Source: the human T2T-CHM13v2.0 reference genome, Homo sapiens. Taken from it: a stretch of DNA of 64,000 nt. The notes beneath the pieces were generated by a model. It had not been told where the DNA came from, ran no database searches, and saw nothing but the letters and a program-made list of their open reading frames with translations. The stretch lies in the NCBI RefSeq assembly GCF_009914755.1, contig NC_060929.1. One strand, given 5' to 3'. The number at the start of each line of letters is the position of its first letter. The stretch's first letter is position 1. The position numbers and the translations under genes are program-made. Below, piece after piece: positions 30,320 through 43,048 of this stretch.

Positions 30320-30959
30320 TGTATTAGTCCGTTTTCATGCTGCTGATAAAGACATACCTGAGACTGGGAAGAAAAAGAGGTTTAATTGGACTTACAGTTC
30401 TACATGGCTGGGGAGGCCTTAGAATCATGGTGGGAGGCAAAAGGCACTTCTTTTTTTATTTTTCTTTGAGATGGAGTCTTGCTCTGTCGCCAGGCTGGAG
30501 TGCAGTGGCACGATCTCTGCTGCAACCTCCCTCTCCTGGGTTCAAGAGATTCTCCTGCCTCAGCCTCCCAAGTAGCTGGGATTACAGGTGACCCCCACCA
30601 CACCCAGCCAATTTTTGTATTTTTAGTAGAGAATGTTGGCCAGGATGGTCTCCATCTCCTTACCTAGTGATCTGCCCATCTTGGCCTCCCAAAGTGCTGG
30701 GATTACAGGTGTGAGCCACCACACCCCACCGGCACTTCTTACATGTTGGCAGCAAGAGGAAATGAGGAAGATGCAAAAGCGGAAACCCCGATAAGGCCAT
30801 TAGATCTCGTGATACTTGTTCACTACCATAAGAACAGTATGGGGGAAACCGCCCCCATGATTCAAATTATCTCCCACAGCGTCCCTCTCACAACGTATGG
30901 GAATTATGGGAGTACAATTCAAGATGAGGTTTGGATGGGGACACAGCCAAACCATATCA
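30320..30959 (-). mobile_element. THE1A/B solo LTR containing an Alu
   Basis: TGTATTAGTCC...CCAAACCATATCA termini; perfect 5-bp TSD TAGGT at 30315-30319 and 30960-30964. Confidence 0.94.
30453..30730 (-). mobile_element. AluSc-like element inside the THE1 LTR
   Basis: 10-bp TSD GGCACTTCTT at 30443-30452 and 30731-30740; CTGTCGCCAGGC and CCAGGATGGTCTC diagnostics; small internal deletions. Confidence 0.9.
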
Positions 30960-31241
30960 TAGGTTAAATGAATGATTGTTTAATTATTCTATGTTTTTAG
31001 TATAGATAGGTATTCTGTATGTGTGGGGGCAATATATTTAAAGTCTTCCCTTTTCTTCCCCAATCATATTCTGAAAGGTTTGTCTCTTCAGGCATTAGCC
31101 TTTCTTCACTAGGCTGTTGCAATAGGACCTTACCTTGTATTACTGATTCTACTAATACATTGTCCAATCCATCATTAGCATGGCATGCAAGGCTCTCTAT
31201 GCTTTATATCCTTGTCTTTCTCTCTACTTCCTCCTAACCAT

Positions 31242-31695
31242 TTATTAGTTATCTATTGTGGCATAACAAATTGCCACAAATGTAGCAGCTGAAAAATAAG
31301 AGAAATTCTAAATTTCAGTTACTGTGAGTTAGGAGTCTGGCCTGGAGTAGTTACATCCTCTCCTCAGGATCTCATAAAGCTGCAAGCAAGGTATTGGCCA
31401 GAGATAGGTTCTCATTTCAAAACTGCACAGGGAAGGGATCCACTTTCAAGGTCACTCAAGTTGTTGGCATAATTTATTTGCAGGACTGAAGGATTCTAGC
31501 TTCTCTCTAGTGTTGGCTGGAGAAATTCTGCAACTTTTAGATGCTTCCCATGATGCTTTGCAAATGTGGGCTTTTGTAAAATGGCTTCTTACTTAAGTCA
31601 GCAGAAAAAGTCTCCTAGCATGTCTGCTAGCAAAATGTAATCTTATGTAATAGAATGGATTCAAAATAGCAACAATCCATCACCTTGGCCATATT
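31242..31695 (-). mobile_element. MLT1 (F/G-like) LTR, left part
   Basis: TATTAGTTATCTATTGTGGCATAACAAATTGCCACAAA start; GTTGTTGGCATAATTTA; breaks at CATCACCTTGGCCATATT. Confidence 0.75.
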
Positions 31696-31705
31696 TCTTT
31701 TTTTC

Positions 31706-32655
31706 CTCCAGTAGTTTTAAATACATTTATAATGTTGTACAACTATCACCATCAACCATCTCCAAAACTCTTTTCATCTGGTAAAACTGAAACTCTATAA
31801 CCATTAAACAATAACTCTCCATTACTTGCTTCATCCAGCCCCTGGAAATAACCACTCTATTTTCTGTCTCTAAGATTTTGGCTACTCTAAATAATTCATA
31901 TTTGTGGAATCATAGTATTTTCTTTTTGTGACTGACTTACTTTGCTTAGCATAATGTCATCAAGTTCCATCTATGTTGTAGCATATGCCAGAATTTTCTT
32001 CCTTTTTAAGGCTTAATAATATTCTGTTATATGTATATGGAACATTTTGCTTATCCATTCAACTGCTGATGCAATGGATGTTCGTGTTACTCCCATGTTT
32101 TTGCTATTATGAATAATGCTGCTATGAACATAGGTGTACAAATATCTTTTTGAGAATCCGCTTTTAATTTTGGGGGGTATATGGTATATCCAGAAGTGGA
32201 CTTGCTGGATCATATGGTAATATTATTTCTTTTCATTTATTGAAGAACTGACATTATTTTTCCACAATGTTTGTACCATTTTATATTCCCACTCACAGTA
32301 AACAAGAGTTCTTATTTCTTCATATGCTTATTAACACTTATTTTCTGTATCTTTTAATCATAGTGGGGTGCTATCTCGTTGTAGTTTTGATTTGCATTTC
32401 CCTAGTGGTTGGTGACATGGTGTATCTTTTCATGTGCTTATTGGTCATTTATATATCATCTTTGGAGAAATGTCTTTTCAACTCCTTTGCCCATTTTTGA
32501 ATCGGATTGTTTTGTTTTTGTTGTTGAATTTTAGCTATTTTCTATATATTCTGAAATTTAGTTCTTTATCAGATACATGATTTGCAAATATTTCCTCCCA
32601 TTCTGTGTGTGGCCTTCTTACTCTGGTGATAGTACTTTTTGATGCAAATTTTAAA
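31706..32655 (-). mobile_element. L1MA/MB 3' fragment
   Basis: L1M 3' UTR and ORF2 C-terminal antisense motifs (GTTTTGATTTGCATTTCCCTA, TTGGAGAAATGTCT, TTTGCAAATATTT). Confidence 0.88.
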
Positions 32656-32974
32656 AAAAATTAGGGTGGGTCATCTTTTCATCAAAAAGTGTGTCTCTGC
32701 AAGGTTTATGTTGTCCTCAATGTTTGTGTTGATCAAAAAGCATGTCTCTACAAGGTTTATGTTGAGGGGTGCCTCTCTCTGCAGGTCTGAAATGCCTTCA
32801 TACTAAATTGTGCATTGAATCCCTATTCTAGAGCACAGGTTATCAAAGCTTGTGGGGTTCAGAAACGCACATTTGTATTAGTAACTCTAGTGGTTCAGAA
32901 TCAAGTAATCCATGGGTGTTGGGAGGTTAATTCATTGAATATTGAGAGATGATATTCCATCTGGAGTGGACAGG

Positions 32975-33380
32975 GCAAAAAAGAAGGGTATTTTAGGAGG
33001 CGGCCACAGAATGAGTGAAGATATGGAGGAACACAGTTTAGGTTTGGCCATATTTTGTTAGAAGTGTTTTTGGGACAACATCATCATATTTCCATACCAT
33101 TTTTGCATTAATTGAGACTTAATTTGTGAGATGCGACTACCAATGCTTCACATGCATCATCTCACTTAATCCTTAAAACACTCCTATGAGCTGGGTATTA
33201 TTGTTACTCCCTTAAAGAGATGAAGAACATGAGACTCAACTAGGATAATGAATTACCCAGCAGGCTGTTAAACTAAGTAATACGCTGTAGAACTATTAAG
33301 TGTAGGAATCAGGCTTGATTTCCCATGTGGAATTGCCAGCTAGTCGGTTGAATGTCTGGGATCAGAGTTCAGGGGAGAAT
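32975..33380 (-). mobile_element. L2 fragments with an embedded MIR (~33135-33300)
   Basis: L2-like GTTTAGGTTTGGCCATATT and GAGTTCAGGGGAGA; MIR-like CATCTCACTTAATCCTTAAAACACTCCTATGAG. Confidence 0.55.
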
Positions 33381-33513
33381 ACCTTTGTCATATTCTATTG
33401 GTTAAAAGCAAATCACAGGTCCTGCCAACACTCAAGGAGAGAGGATTACATGGTGGTATGAAGACCAGCAGGTAGAGATCATGGGAGGGGAGAACTTAAC
33501 GTCAGTCCACCAC
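33381..33513 (-). mobile_element. MLT1 LTR, right part (continues 31242-31695)
   Basis: CATATTCTATTGGTTAAAAGCAAATCACAGGTCCTGCCAACACTCAAGGAGAGAGG...CCACCACA terminus. Confidence 0.75.
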
Positions 33514-33789
33514 ACTGTTGTTATGTTCCATCCATACTGGAGTACCAAAAGTTCTCTGGTGCTTCATATGTTGTTTCTGTGCATGTTCTTCTTTACTTGG
33601 TTTATTATAATATTTCCATACATGTGTGCTAGGCAAAATCCAATTTATCCTGCAAAATAAGTTCTGTTGCTTTTTTGAATAGATTTGAATCTTCACCTGA
33701 AAAAAAGATATATCTCAGTCCATTGCTTCTCTTTTGTACATTTTCCTTGCCTTTTTTTTCTGTCACTTATCAAAATGTAGTACACAACA

Positions 33790-33925
33790 TTCACTTAGCT
33801 GTCTGCCTCTCCTGCCTTTGTGAGATTCTCAAAGATGGTGACCACATTTTAGTTATATTTACACTTTCAGTATATAGCACAGAGCTTAACATCTAATAAG
33901 TGGGTTGAATGAAAAATTGAATGAT
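33790..33925 (+). mobile_element. L2 3'-end fragment
   Basis: TGTCTGCCTCTCC...TGTGAGATTCTCAAAG...TAGCACAGAGCTTAACA...GTTGAATGAA. Confidence 0.5.
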
Positions 33926-34763
33926 TTCTTAGAGGAAAAACTCTCTGAATAGCCCATGTATGTATTTAAGGAGAGGTTTTATTCCTTTGCTTTTCTTTCT
34001 TTTTTTTTTTTTTTAAAAAAAAAGAACAATTCTTACCTTTACACCAAGTTAGTTTAATCTCCATTGTCAAAACAATGGGTCTTGTTTCCAAAGGGCATTC
34101 TCTCCCTGTACTGTTGTTCTTAGAACCACAGAATCACATTTCTTACATGACTCAAACAGACTTCGTTGGTCACCTTAAGCAGTAACAAGTTTTTCTCCAA
34201 CTCTTAAAAATAGAAGAGAATGATAGCAAAAAACCTCCCTTAACACAACCTACTCACAAAAGAATGTGAGGTATCAGAATCTGCTCCCTGAAACAGCAGT
34301 TTCCTACAATTTCAGTATTAGCTTATTTTGCAAATATTCTCAGGGAATAGGGGGCACATTTTCTTTTCATACCAATGTAGGCATTTTACAGCAACTATTT
34401 TGAGATGTGAATATTTCAGTGAGATAATAGGTACAAGAATCACATTTATTCTACTCACGATTTCTTTTCAGATTTTGTAGAGACATTTCCAGAGCATTCG
34501 TTATGTTAAATTCTGGTTTTCTACTCATTGAATACTGTGGTAGTAGAACCACACAAAAAAAGAATCAGGTGAAAAAGCGTGAGATACATGTTTAAAGAAG
34601 TAAATGCCTATTATGAGAAAATTTTAATGCTGGTAATAATAACCATAAAAATCTATTTTTCCTTCTCTTGCTGCCATGTTAATGTTTCTGAATCTTCGAT
34701 ATTGTACTTCTGCATTCAGTAAGAATATTATTTGAATGAATATTGCAAAAGCGCTATAGCAAT

Positions 34764-35193
34764 TGAGTGAGTCTGGTGAGATAGAACTCTTGCATAACAA
34801 GTCAAGCAAAGCAGATGTATTACTTTATTACTTACAGATAGGCAGCAAGGATAAATTGAAGCCAGGCATCTGTGGCAAGCTGGTCTCCCAAGGCTCTGGA
34901 GATTGCCCAGGGCGGACAGAGTCTCGTGTGCATGTGCCCATGTTGTACCGCAGCTGAGAGACCTTGAAAGCGATCTGCCCTGGGTTTATCTCTTGAGCTC
35001 CACCTGGCTCACTAAGCTCAGGCATTGCAGAATATCTACATTCTAGGAGGAATAAGGACATAGCCTAGATTGTTTCCGACATTTCTTCATTATTTTAGGA
35101 TGTTGCAGTCTCGGTATATTCTGCCTAAAAAATTCAAGCAAGAAGGGGAAGAGCTGGGCTGTCCAAGGCTATCTGGAGACTTGTTCTCCTGCA
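34764..35193 (-). mobile_element. Probable ERV solo LTR (family uncertain)
   Basis: ~430-bp GC-richer island with TG...CA ends and a minus-strand AATAAA (TTTATT ~34825) near its 3' end; no clean TSD. Confidence 0.5.
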
Positions 35194-35389
35194 AATACAA
35201 ATATCTCACCCAAAATATTAACTATTAAAATAACAAATCGTGTGTTTTCTGCTATTGAATGACAAAAACGTTTAAAAATATCATTTTTATCCATGTTGTA
35301 GAAGCCAGCAACTTTAGACAGCTAAGGCTACAACTATTTTATTTTATTATTTTATATATTATTAAATATTATTTACCTGTGTGATCATT

Positions 35390-35535
35390 CTTTTTTTTTT
35401 CTGTGTTTTATTTTATTTTCAGTGACAGAGTCTTGCTTTGTTGTCCAGGCTGCTCTCCACCAACTGGCCTCAAGCAATCTTCTCACCTCAGCTTCCCAAA
35501 GTGCTGGGATTACAGGCATGAGTGACTATGCTGGC
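35390..35535 (-). mobile_element. FLAM/AluJ left monomer
   Basis: GGCCTCAAGCAATC...CCCAAAGTGCTGGGATTACAGGCATGAG with a T-rich tail. Confidence 0.85.
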
Positions 35536-38025
35536 ACAAACTTACGGCAATTTGAGACTAAGGCTTAGAGTCCATTTAATAAAGGTAAATAGATAAGCTT
35601 TTTATCACCCACAAATATATAGAAAATAGCTAATTACCAAGTTTAGCCTTTTATTGCTGTATTTTTAATTTAGCCTTCCATTTATAAATATTTATCAGCA
35701 TCATGAAACTATTCAATTAATAGAAAATATCCCGTTTTAATGTGGTTTTCTAAAATCCTCATATTATTTCTAAATCATGATTGTATTATGGTCTCCAGAG
35801 CATACACTCCTGTTGTTAAAAAAAAGAGAGATAAAATTTATTTTAAACAACAAAAACATCTTTAATGTGTTTTAGCTGCTTTTCCGTGAGACCAACTTCC
35901 TACTGATCAATCAAGAGAAACTGCAATAAGATTTTATGCTACCAGAAAGTATAAAGTATTTAATAGTTTTTTTATATTGAGATGAATGTAATTATATTAT
36001 AATATCATTATTGTGCCATTATGGGAAACACAGGGTTTTTCCTCTGGAATTTATAAGATCTAGAAGAAACACATGGAATATTAATTCATTGAACACAGCA
36101 AAGATTTATGGTTGAGATCTATATTTGGTAAGAAAAAGGAGTGAATTCTGTTTCTATTTTCTATTCAGTTTTAATTTACTTTGACATATTTTATTTCTGT
36201 GATAAAATGCGAAGTTTTTCTTTTTGACAGTAGCTAACATTGGATGATGGGTCACTTTCTATATTAGATATTTTTGTATGAATTTGTGTGACTTTATCAT
36301 TCCTTTTTATTTAGAATAAGGATTTTAAGGAGCAATAATAAAATATAAAACAAGATTATTTAAAAAGATCAATTATAAATGATATGATAAAATTCATGTC
36401 ATTCAAAGTATACTTTAAATGCTGGAACTGCAAAATTCGTATGATAAGAGGAAAGAGGAGAAAGAAGTTAATTTTTATTAATAAAATATATTTTATATTA
36501 CCTACGTTTTCATTTAACAGCAAATTAGAAATATATTTCCAAGGTAACAAATGTACTTCTAAAGCATTAGTTTTAATGGATCTGTGATGAAGAAATACAA
36601 TTTATTTAATCTTGTTCTTAGGACACACAGGAGACACATACCTTAATCTTCCATAAGGATAAAATCTCTGCAGTTCTACTGAAAACTCATAATCCTTATA
36701 TAAGCTTCCTAAAACTCATCTTTCTGATATTGAAAATAGCGATATAATTCTTGTTATAATTTATTGAGTATTGGATACAAATGCTTTCATTCAATGTATT
36801 TAATAAGTATTGCCTTCCCATTTTACCAATGAAAAAATTAAAACAATATATTCCTTAATTAGCAAGTCAAGGTAAGAATTCTAAGGAAAGTATGTTGAAC
36901 ACTGTATCCTATATAATGAACCATTCTGTTATTAGTATCACTAGATTTTGGACAGATTGTACCAATAAAATTCAAATAGTCAAAAGAGAGTGTCTAAGAA
37001 GTTATACTTATGGAAAAAGTCTCCATATACTGCCCCTAACATGGTGATGCATTAGGTAATACTAATCTTTCTGATACATTGACATGACCACAGGTATTTC
37101 CCCAGGACACTGACTCACACCATTACATTTGTAGGAGTCTGATTTTAATTTACTAATTCCCAAGTTAGTCTACAATTGTACAGAAAAGTCAAAAGACGAT
37201 TTTCTCAATGAGTAGCTTATGTGGGTCCCTTGACATATTATACAGTTAGGAATTAGTTGGCTAGAATGAAAGCTGTTTTGAACAATGCTTTTTTTTTTTT
37301 TGAAAAAAAAAAAGATGTCAACTTGTCCTGATATTGTCCTGGCACCCCTTAATAATTTATATTCTTTATTTAGTGATCTAGACTCATGTAGTTCATCAGA
37401 ACATAGGAGAAAGGAAAAGTCATTTCAACTCCAGAAGGTGACCTGGATCCTATCTAGCACCTCAGGTAATATCATTCAGCTGATACTAATATTTGGTGAT
37501 CCCTTTACTGTTTTCAAAAAGGAAGAGAAGAACACTACCAACAACTTTCTAACTGTAAAACTGAGAGTGCTCCATTCAATATTTGAAACCACTCCTCATA
37601 GTAGTAGTCTTTGAGAAAATTAAACTACAAGCCATTTTCTAGTGCATGCAATTGGCCTGGCTCAGAAATCTATAGATTTCTCTGTTTCTAGAAACTAACT
37701 AAGCACAGTCTACCTTGGAGCAGTTGAGTACAGTTTATAGGCTACAGGAGAAGTGCCTAATAATAAATTTTACAGGTTGAAAATTTCTTCCTTTTTTTTT
37801 TCTTTTCTAATGATTTGGAAGAATCTTTCAATGTACCCTTCAATGACTAAGATTTTTTCCTTGGACTATTACCCAATGAGCTCCTAAGTTATCGTGATAT
37901 GGGCTTACTTTTTCTCATGTATTTAATATTGCATGTTCATATGAGACTTAGATATCAGAATTATTTAACATATGCATGGGCTGTCAAGGAAAAAAAAGAT
38001 AGTCACTCTCATTTCTGCCAACTTC

Positions 38026-38119
38026 AGGGATATTTAAACACGTAATCCTCCTATATGATTTCTGCTCTTTTTAGGGATATTTAAACACATAATCTTCCTA
38101 TATGATTTTTGCTCTTTTT
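38026..38119. repeat. Tandem duplication, 2 x 47 bp
   Basis: AGGGATATTTAAACAC...GCTCTTTTT repeated with 3 mismatches. Confidence 0.95.
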
Positions 38120-38253
38120 GTTTTTCTCCTATGTAAAAAATTGGCAAGTCGATCATTTATCATTTTGGAAACCTAAATGCTGAGAATGGCAGTGGATCCA
38201 ATGGTATCTTCTCTGTAAAGTTGAGGAATGCGAGAATTGCTTTTTTACCTGCC

Positions 38254-38331
38254 ATTCTTCTCATCACAATTAATATTAAATAGTAAAATCTTATTCTTCT
38301 CATCACGGTTATTATTAAATAGTAAAATCTT
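38254..38331. repeat. Tandem duplication, 2 x 39 bp
   Basis: ATTCTTCTCATCAC...AAATAGTAAAATCTT repeated with 3 mismatches. Confidence 0.95.
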
Positions 38332-38869
38332 CTAACTTATGTAAAGAGTGGGATACTAGAAGATGGTAAAATGTACGATCTTGAAGTGACGCACCAAATT
38401 GTACTTCTCTCTCACCTATATTTGGAACTAAAAAATAATACTGGTGTATCTGTAGATCAGATCATCCAAAAATGTCTTGAGTGTTCATAAAATGTGGAAT
38501 GAACTATATACTGAGAATAAACACCAAAAGGAATTTACTACTTTTTTTTTCCTGGTAAATCTGTTCTTTAGAATAGATGCTTACTCAAGAAAAAACGAAG
38601 GAGTAAAAGACTAAATCACTCGAGGCAGATGTTTGATGAATTAGAAACACTCAGTTGAGAAATCTAGACCAAGGGTTGTCATCAACCAGCCAGGTAACAA
38701 ATTGAGGGGCAGAGAGGGATCCATCTTCATGGAAATAAATGGCAGGAATGGGGGATAAACATTTCTGCTACTAACAGTAGGGGAGAAAACTCTGGAGGGA
38801 ACTTTATCCATATGTCTTGCCACATTGATCATTTTTTAGTGCCTCTTTGGGGTGCTTATATCATCTAGA

Positions 38870-39035
38870 TCTGCCATTTGATACCTGTGAGACTAGAAAT
38901 TGATTAATTTCTACATATGTAAAATGGTCACTGTAATAGAAACCACCCTATGCATTTGTTATAAGAACTAAATTAGATAATTCATGTCCAGTCCTCATCA
39001 TAGTGCCTGACACATGATAAACACTCAATATATAA
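38870..39035 (+). mobile_element. MIR fragment
   Basis: CATATGTAAAATGG...ATAGTGCCTGACACATGATAAACACTCAATA. Confidence 0.65.
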
Positions 39036-40351
39036 TAGGACAAAACAATGTCTGTATCGTATGCCATATGATCCCATATGTAATAAAAACTGGATGATAT
39101 TTGATTACTTCTGTGCCAAATTTAGCTCTTGCCCTGTGCCTTAACTTACCTATATATATGGCTGGCCTGGGAGGATAAAGGATTGAGAAGAATTAGGTGA
39201 ATGACATTGTTGACTCTTGGTATTTATGGCTCTGTAGTTTCTAGCAAAAAAAAAAAAAAAAAATCTACTCTTGGCCAAAAGGAAAATTGCTGTAAGAATA
39301 TGGGGTCACTCAGAATATCAAAGGGATACTGAGGCACCAGGTAGCTCCTGAAGACTCAGAAATAGGGATTCATCTATAGCTGAAATGAAGAAACAAATGA
39401 CAGCCATTTTTCCCCTCTCTGGTCTCTGTATTTCTCAGCCCTTGAGAGAGAATCCATTTGATTGTGTTTGAGTCATTCAATGGTCCTAGGTAAATTAAAA
39501 GCAATACATAGCCACCATGGTGACCCTTTACTAGTCAAAGACCAATTAAAATTTCAGGTCAGATGGTCTAATGGAGAGCTTCTTTCCTGAACCTCTACCA
39601 ACATATTGCTTTTTGATTAAATAACACTTTCAATAATAAGATTCCATTTATTTTTTCCAGGATAAAAAGCTTCAATTGAACAGCACATTGTACCCTTCAT
39701 AGTTTATATTTATGGAATGAAGAATTCCCTTCTATCCTGACAGCCTAGACTTAGCCAACCTTGTAATAACTTCAATAGAAGGAATTAACATCCCCTTCAG
39801 GGGCGATATTACAATTATGTCTATTTCTACATACGGTTACCTAGCCCATTGTAACCGTATGTTTGATTGATTGATGGATGGATTTATTTATTTAGTTAGT
39901 TAGTTAGTGAATTATTGGAATATTGTGTGCATTGGAGTACAAGGGAGATATCAGGGGATTTGGGGGCTGGATAAAATTGATAACCATTTATTATTATGAG
40001 TCCTAACTGTGGCTTTGCTATTTCTTAGAATATATTTGGCCTCAAGAGATTCCTCATTTTACTTTATTGGTCTTTGATTTTAAAAAAATTTGGGGGTACC
40101 CTGAACAGTAGCATATTTAACACTTTCCTAAAGTGTTTTTAATTAATTTACTGGCTAATAACTAGAGTTATATTGGAGATACAAGATGTGTTTTTCTAAT
40201 ATTAAGTAGGTAAATAACACATTTGAGTTTTCTTGCTTTGGCCTTTAATTCAAAATCCCTTTGGAATAAATATAGCAATATTATTTTCCAAACTGGTACT
40301 TTAGTGAGTAAAGTAGCATTTTCATTGTCATGCTGATAAAAGGAAATAATG

Positions 40352-40445
40352 AAATAATCTGTACATTAAACTCCTGTGACACTAGTTTACCTATGTAACA
40401 TATCTGTATGTGTACCCCTGAACCTAAAATAAAAGTTAAAAAAAA
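40352..40445 (+). mobile_element. Very short 3' end of an older L1PA (PA13-16-like)
   Basis: GTTTACCTATGTAACA...GTACCCCTGAACCTAAAATAAAAGTTAAAAAAA. Confidence 0.8.
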
Positions 40446-41599
40446 TTACATAATTTTAGTTAGATTTCTACAGATCTTTTGTGTCTTAAAGTCATTCCAA
40501 TCTTATGTGTATACTGAAAAATTTAATATTTATTTTCAGACAAAACATTTAGGGTACTTTAAAATCTCTTTATCACACTCAATTAAAAACTATGTCCAAA
40601 GTGTCAGAATCCTTATCAAATGCTGAATAGTGTACAGGGAGCGGAATTTCCACGTATCTAAAAGCTTGTCAAGCAGTAAATTACTCTAAGCATCTATTAA
40701 TATATGAAACAAAATACTTTTGTTGTAATTCTATTTTCTTACTATTTCAGTTTTAAAGTTGGTTTACCTTTCCACTCACTTGTGGATATTCTTGTTTAAA
40801 TCTCTGATGAAATAAAAACATTTATTGAAATAAATGTTTACCTTTAACATTTTTTGTCTTTATATTAACTCAAGTTGAGACATAATTGCCATATTCTAAA
40901 TGTCCACTAAAAAGCTTAAAAATGCAATAGATTAAAATGCAAATATTTTCTTTGGTACTTGTGATGCAAAAATATGAGTCTTTGAATTGCCCCACTGTTC
41001 AGGGCAAAGCAATGTCTGTACCACATCCAATATGATCTCACATGTACTAGAAACTGGAGAGTTTAAAAGCCCTTCTATTCTTTCCCTTTCAGTAACTGCC
41101 TTTACCCTTCGAGGCCACACTTTCATGTGCCAGACCCCGTGGAGCTGTGTTAACATTAACACGATCCCCCTGACAGAAAATCAGATCAATTGTAAGCCAG
41201 TTCTTTCCTGAAGTAAACAGCTTTAGGGGCTGACTGGAAGCCCATTTGACAAAATAAATATATATTTTGTGTATATATATATATATAGTAATATATATTT
41301 GTATATATTACCCTACCTCATTTATCTCTCATATCTGTTATTTTTTAAATAACATAAAGGAACTCAAGTCTTAATTTAATTGTGAATGTAAAAAAAAAAA
41401 AGAGCTTTCACTTCACAGAATTAAAGTCTACCTAAGGTTGGATTTAAAGAAGACAGAAAGGCATTGACGTTTGCTGTATGAGTCCTCTCCTTTCTTTTCA
41501 TCAGTTCTGTGATGTCGATAGTCTGCCATTCGTGTTTCATTCACGAATCATGTTTACAAGCATTGAACAAATATGCATTTTTATAAATGTTATCTGTGA

Positions 41600-41780
41600 A
41601 ACCACACTACGTGTTTTATCTCCTTTTCCGCCACAGCAACCCCATGAAAAAGGCATGAGTCCAGTTTCATGGGGGGAAGCTAAGGCATGGAGACATTTAG
41701 AAATTTCTTCCAGGATAAGCAACTACTTAATGGAGTAACCAGAATTTTAACTTTGGCCTGTTTAACTACAAAATCAGTAT
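41600..41780 (-). mobile_element. MIR fragment
   Basis: CACAGCAACCCCATGA...GGAAGCTAAGGCATGGAGA...CTGTTTAACTACAAAATC. Confidence 0.55.
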
Positions 41781-42119
41781 CTTTCAGTTTCCTGCCTCAG
41801 CAGTTGGCTATTTCAGTAGGAATGCATATGTGTGTTCTGACAATAATCGGCAATAATGTGTGTACTAGTTAGGAGTAGTCTGAGCAGTGTCTAAATTTAA
41901 AATAAAATCTAATTTTTCTCATCAGATGAAAAAAGCTATATTGTTACACAGTCAAGTAATAGGTCATAATAACACTCTATATTTTGTAGAACTTTACAGT
42001 GTGCAAGGCGCTTTCTCATCAGTTATTTGTTTCTCAAAACAAAGCTGGGTATAATTATTATATGAATTCCCAAAGCAAATTATGACCAGTAAGACAGGGT
42101 AGCTTAAAGAGAAGGAACA

Positions 42120-42404
42120 GGCTGGGTGTTACAACTCATACCTGTAATACTAGTACTCTGAGAGGCCGGGTGGGTGGATTGCTTGAGCCCAGGAGTTCAA
42201 GACTAGCCTGGGCAATATGGCAAAACTCCATCTCTACAAAAAATACACAAATTTGCCAGGCGTGTTGGCATATACGTGTAGTGCCAGCTACTCAAGAGGC
42301 TGAGAAATGGGAGGATTGCTTGAGGACAGGAGGTCGAGGCTGCAGTGAGCCATGATCAGACCATTGCACTCCAGCCTGAGCAACAGAGCAAGATTCTATC
42401 TCAA
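42120..42404 (+). mobile_element. AluJ with almost no A-tail
   Basis: GGATTGCTTGAGCCCAGGAGTTCAAG; TSD AAAGAGAAGGAACA (42106-42119) / AAAGAGATGGAACA (42405-42418). Confidence 0.92.
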
Positions 42405-43048
42405 AAAGAGATGGAACAGGGCTAGGGGTTTAAAAAATTATTATATGGTCCAAAGCAAGTGAAAAATATTATTATAGTTAACAAAGGAATTTAAAGAGCA
42501 CAAGTTTTGTGTTCTAACACCTGTTCCCCTTGCCATCTGGACAAGAATATAGTGCAAGAATACCTTAGTCCTCACCTCAAACAGCCCCAATTCCTTCATT
42601 TTTAAATTGAAGGATAGTGACTTCAGAGGTTCCTAATAGCATTCAACCTCTATTTTAGCAGAGATATCTCTCGGGCTAGATAACTTTACCTAAAAATTTA
42701 GATTTTATGCTCTCTAGAAGTCTAAATCTATTCCTCAAGTTTCTGCAAAAGCTGGCCTTTTACCCCCAGTCTTGTATTCTCATGGGCATCAGCTGGCCAC
42801 AAGCTCCTCTTTGTCTGTGCTGTATCAAATAAAATAAAATGGTAAATTTTATTGCCAGGAACAAAATTAAGAGTAAAAGATGAACACACATAAGCATAGC
42901 AGGTTCTACTGAAGATGCGGGAGTGGAAAGGAAGAATCCCATAGTGCATTACACAAAAAGTCACCTTTCGGAATAGTCATGTTGAACCTCACATCACCCT
43001 ACAGCACTGATTTTTTCCTTCATCCATCTACACCTAGCCTTCCTTCTG

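Noticed and set aside
32681-32764. Repeat-spacer-repeat pattern superficially like a CRISPR array
   Set aside because: Only two imperfect copies, primate DNA and no cas genes
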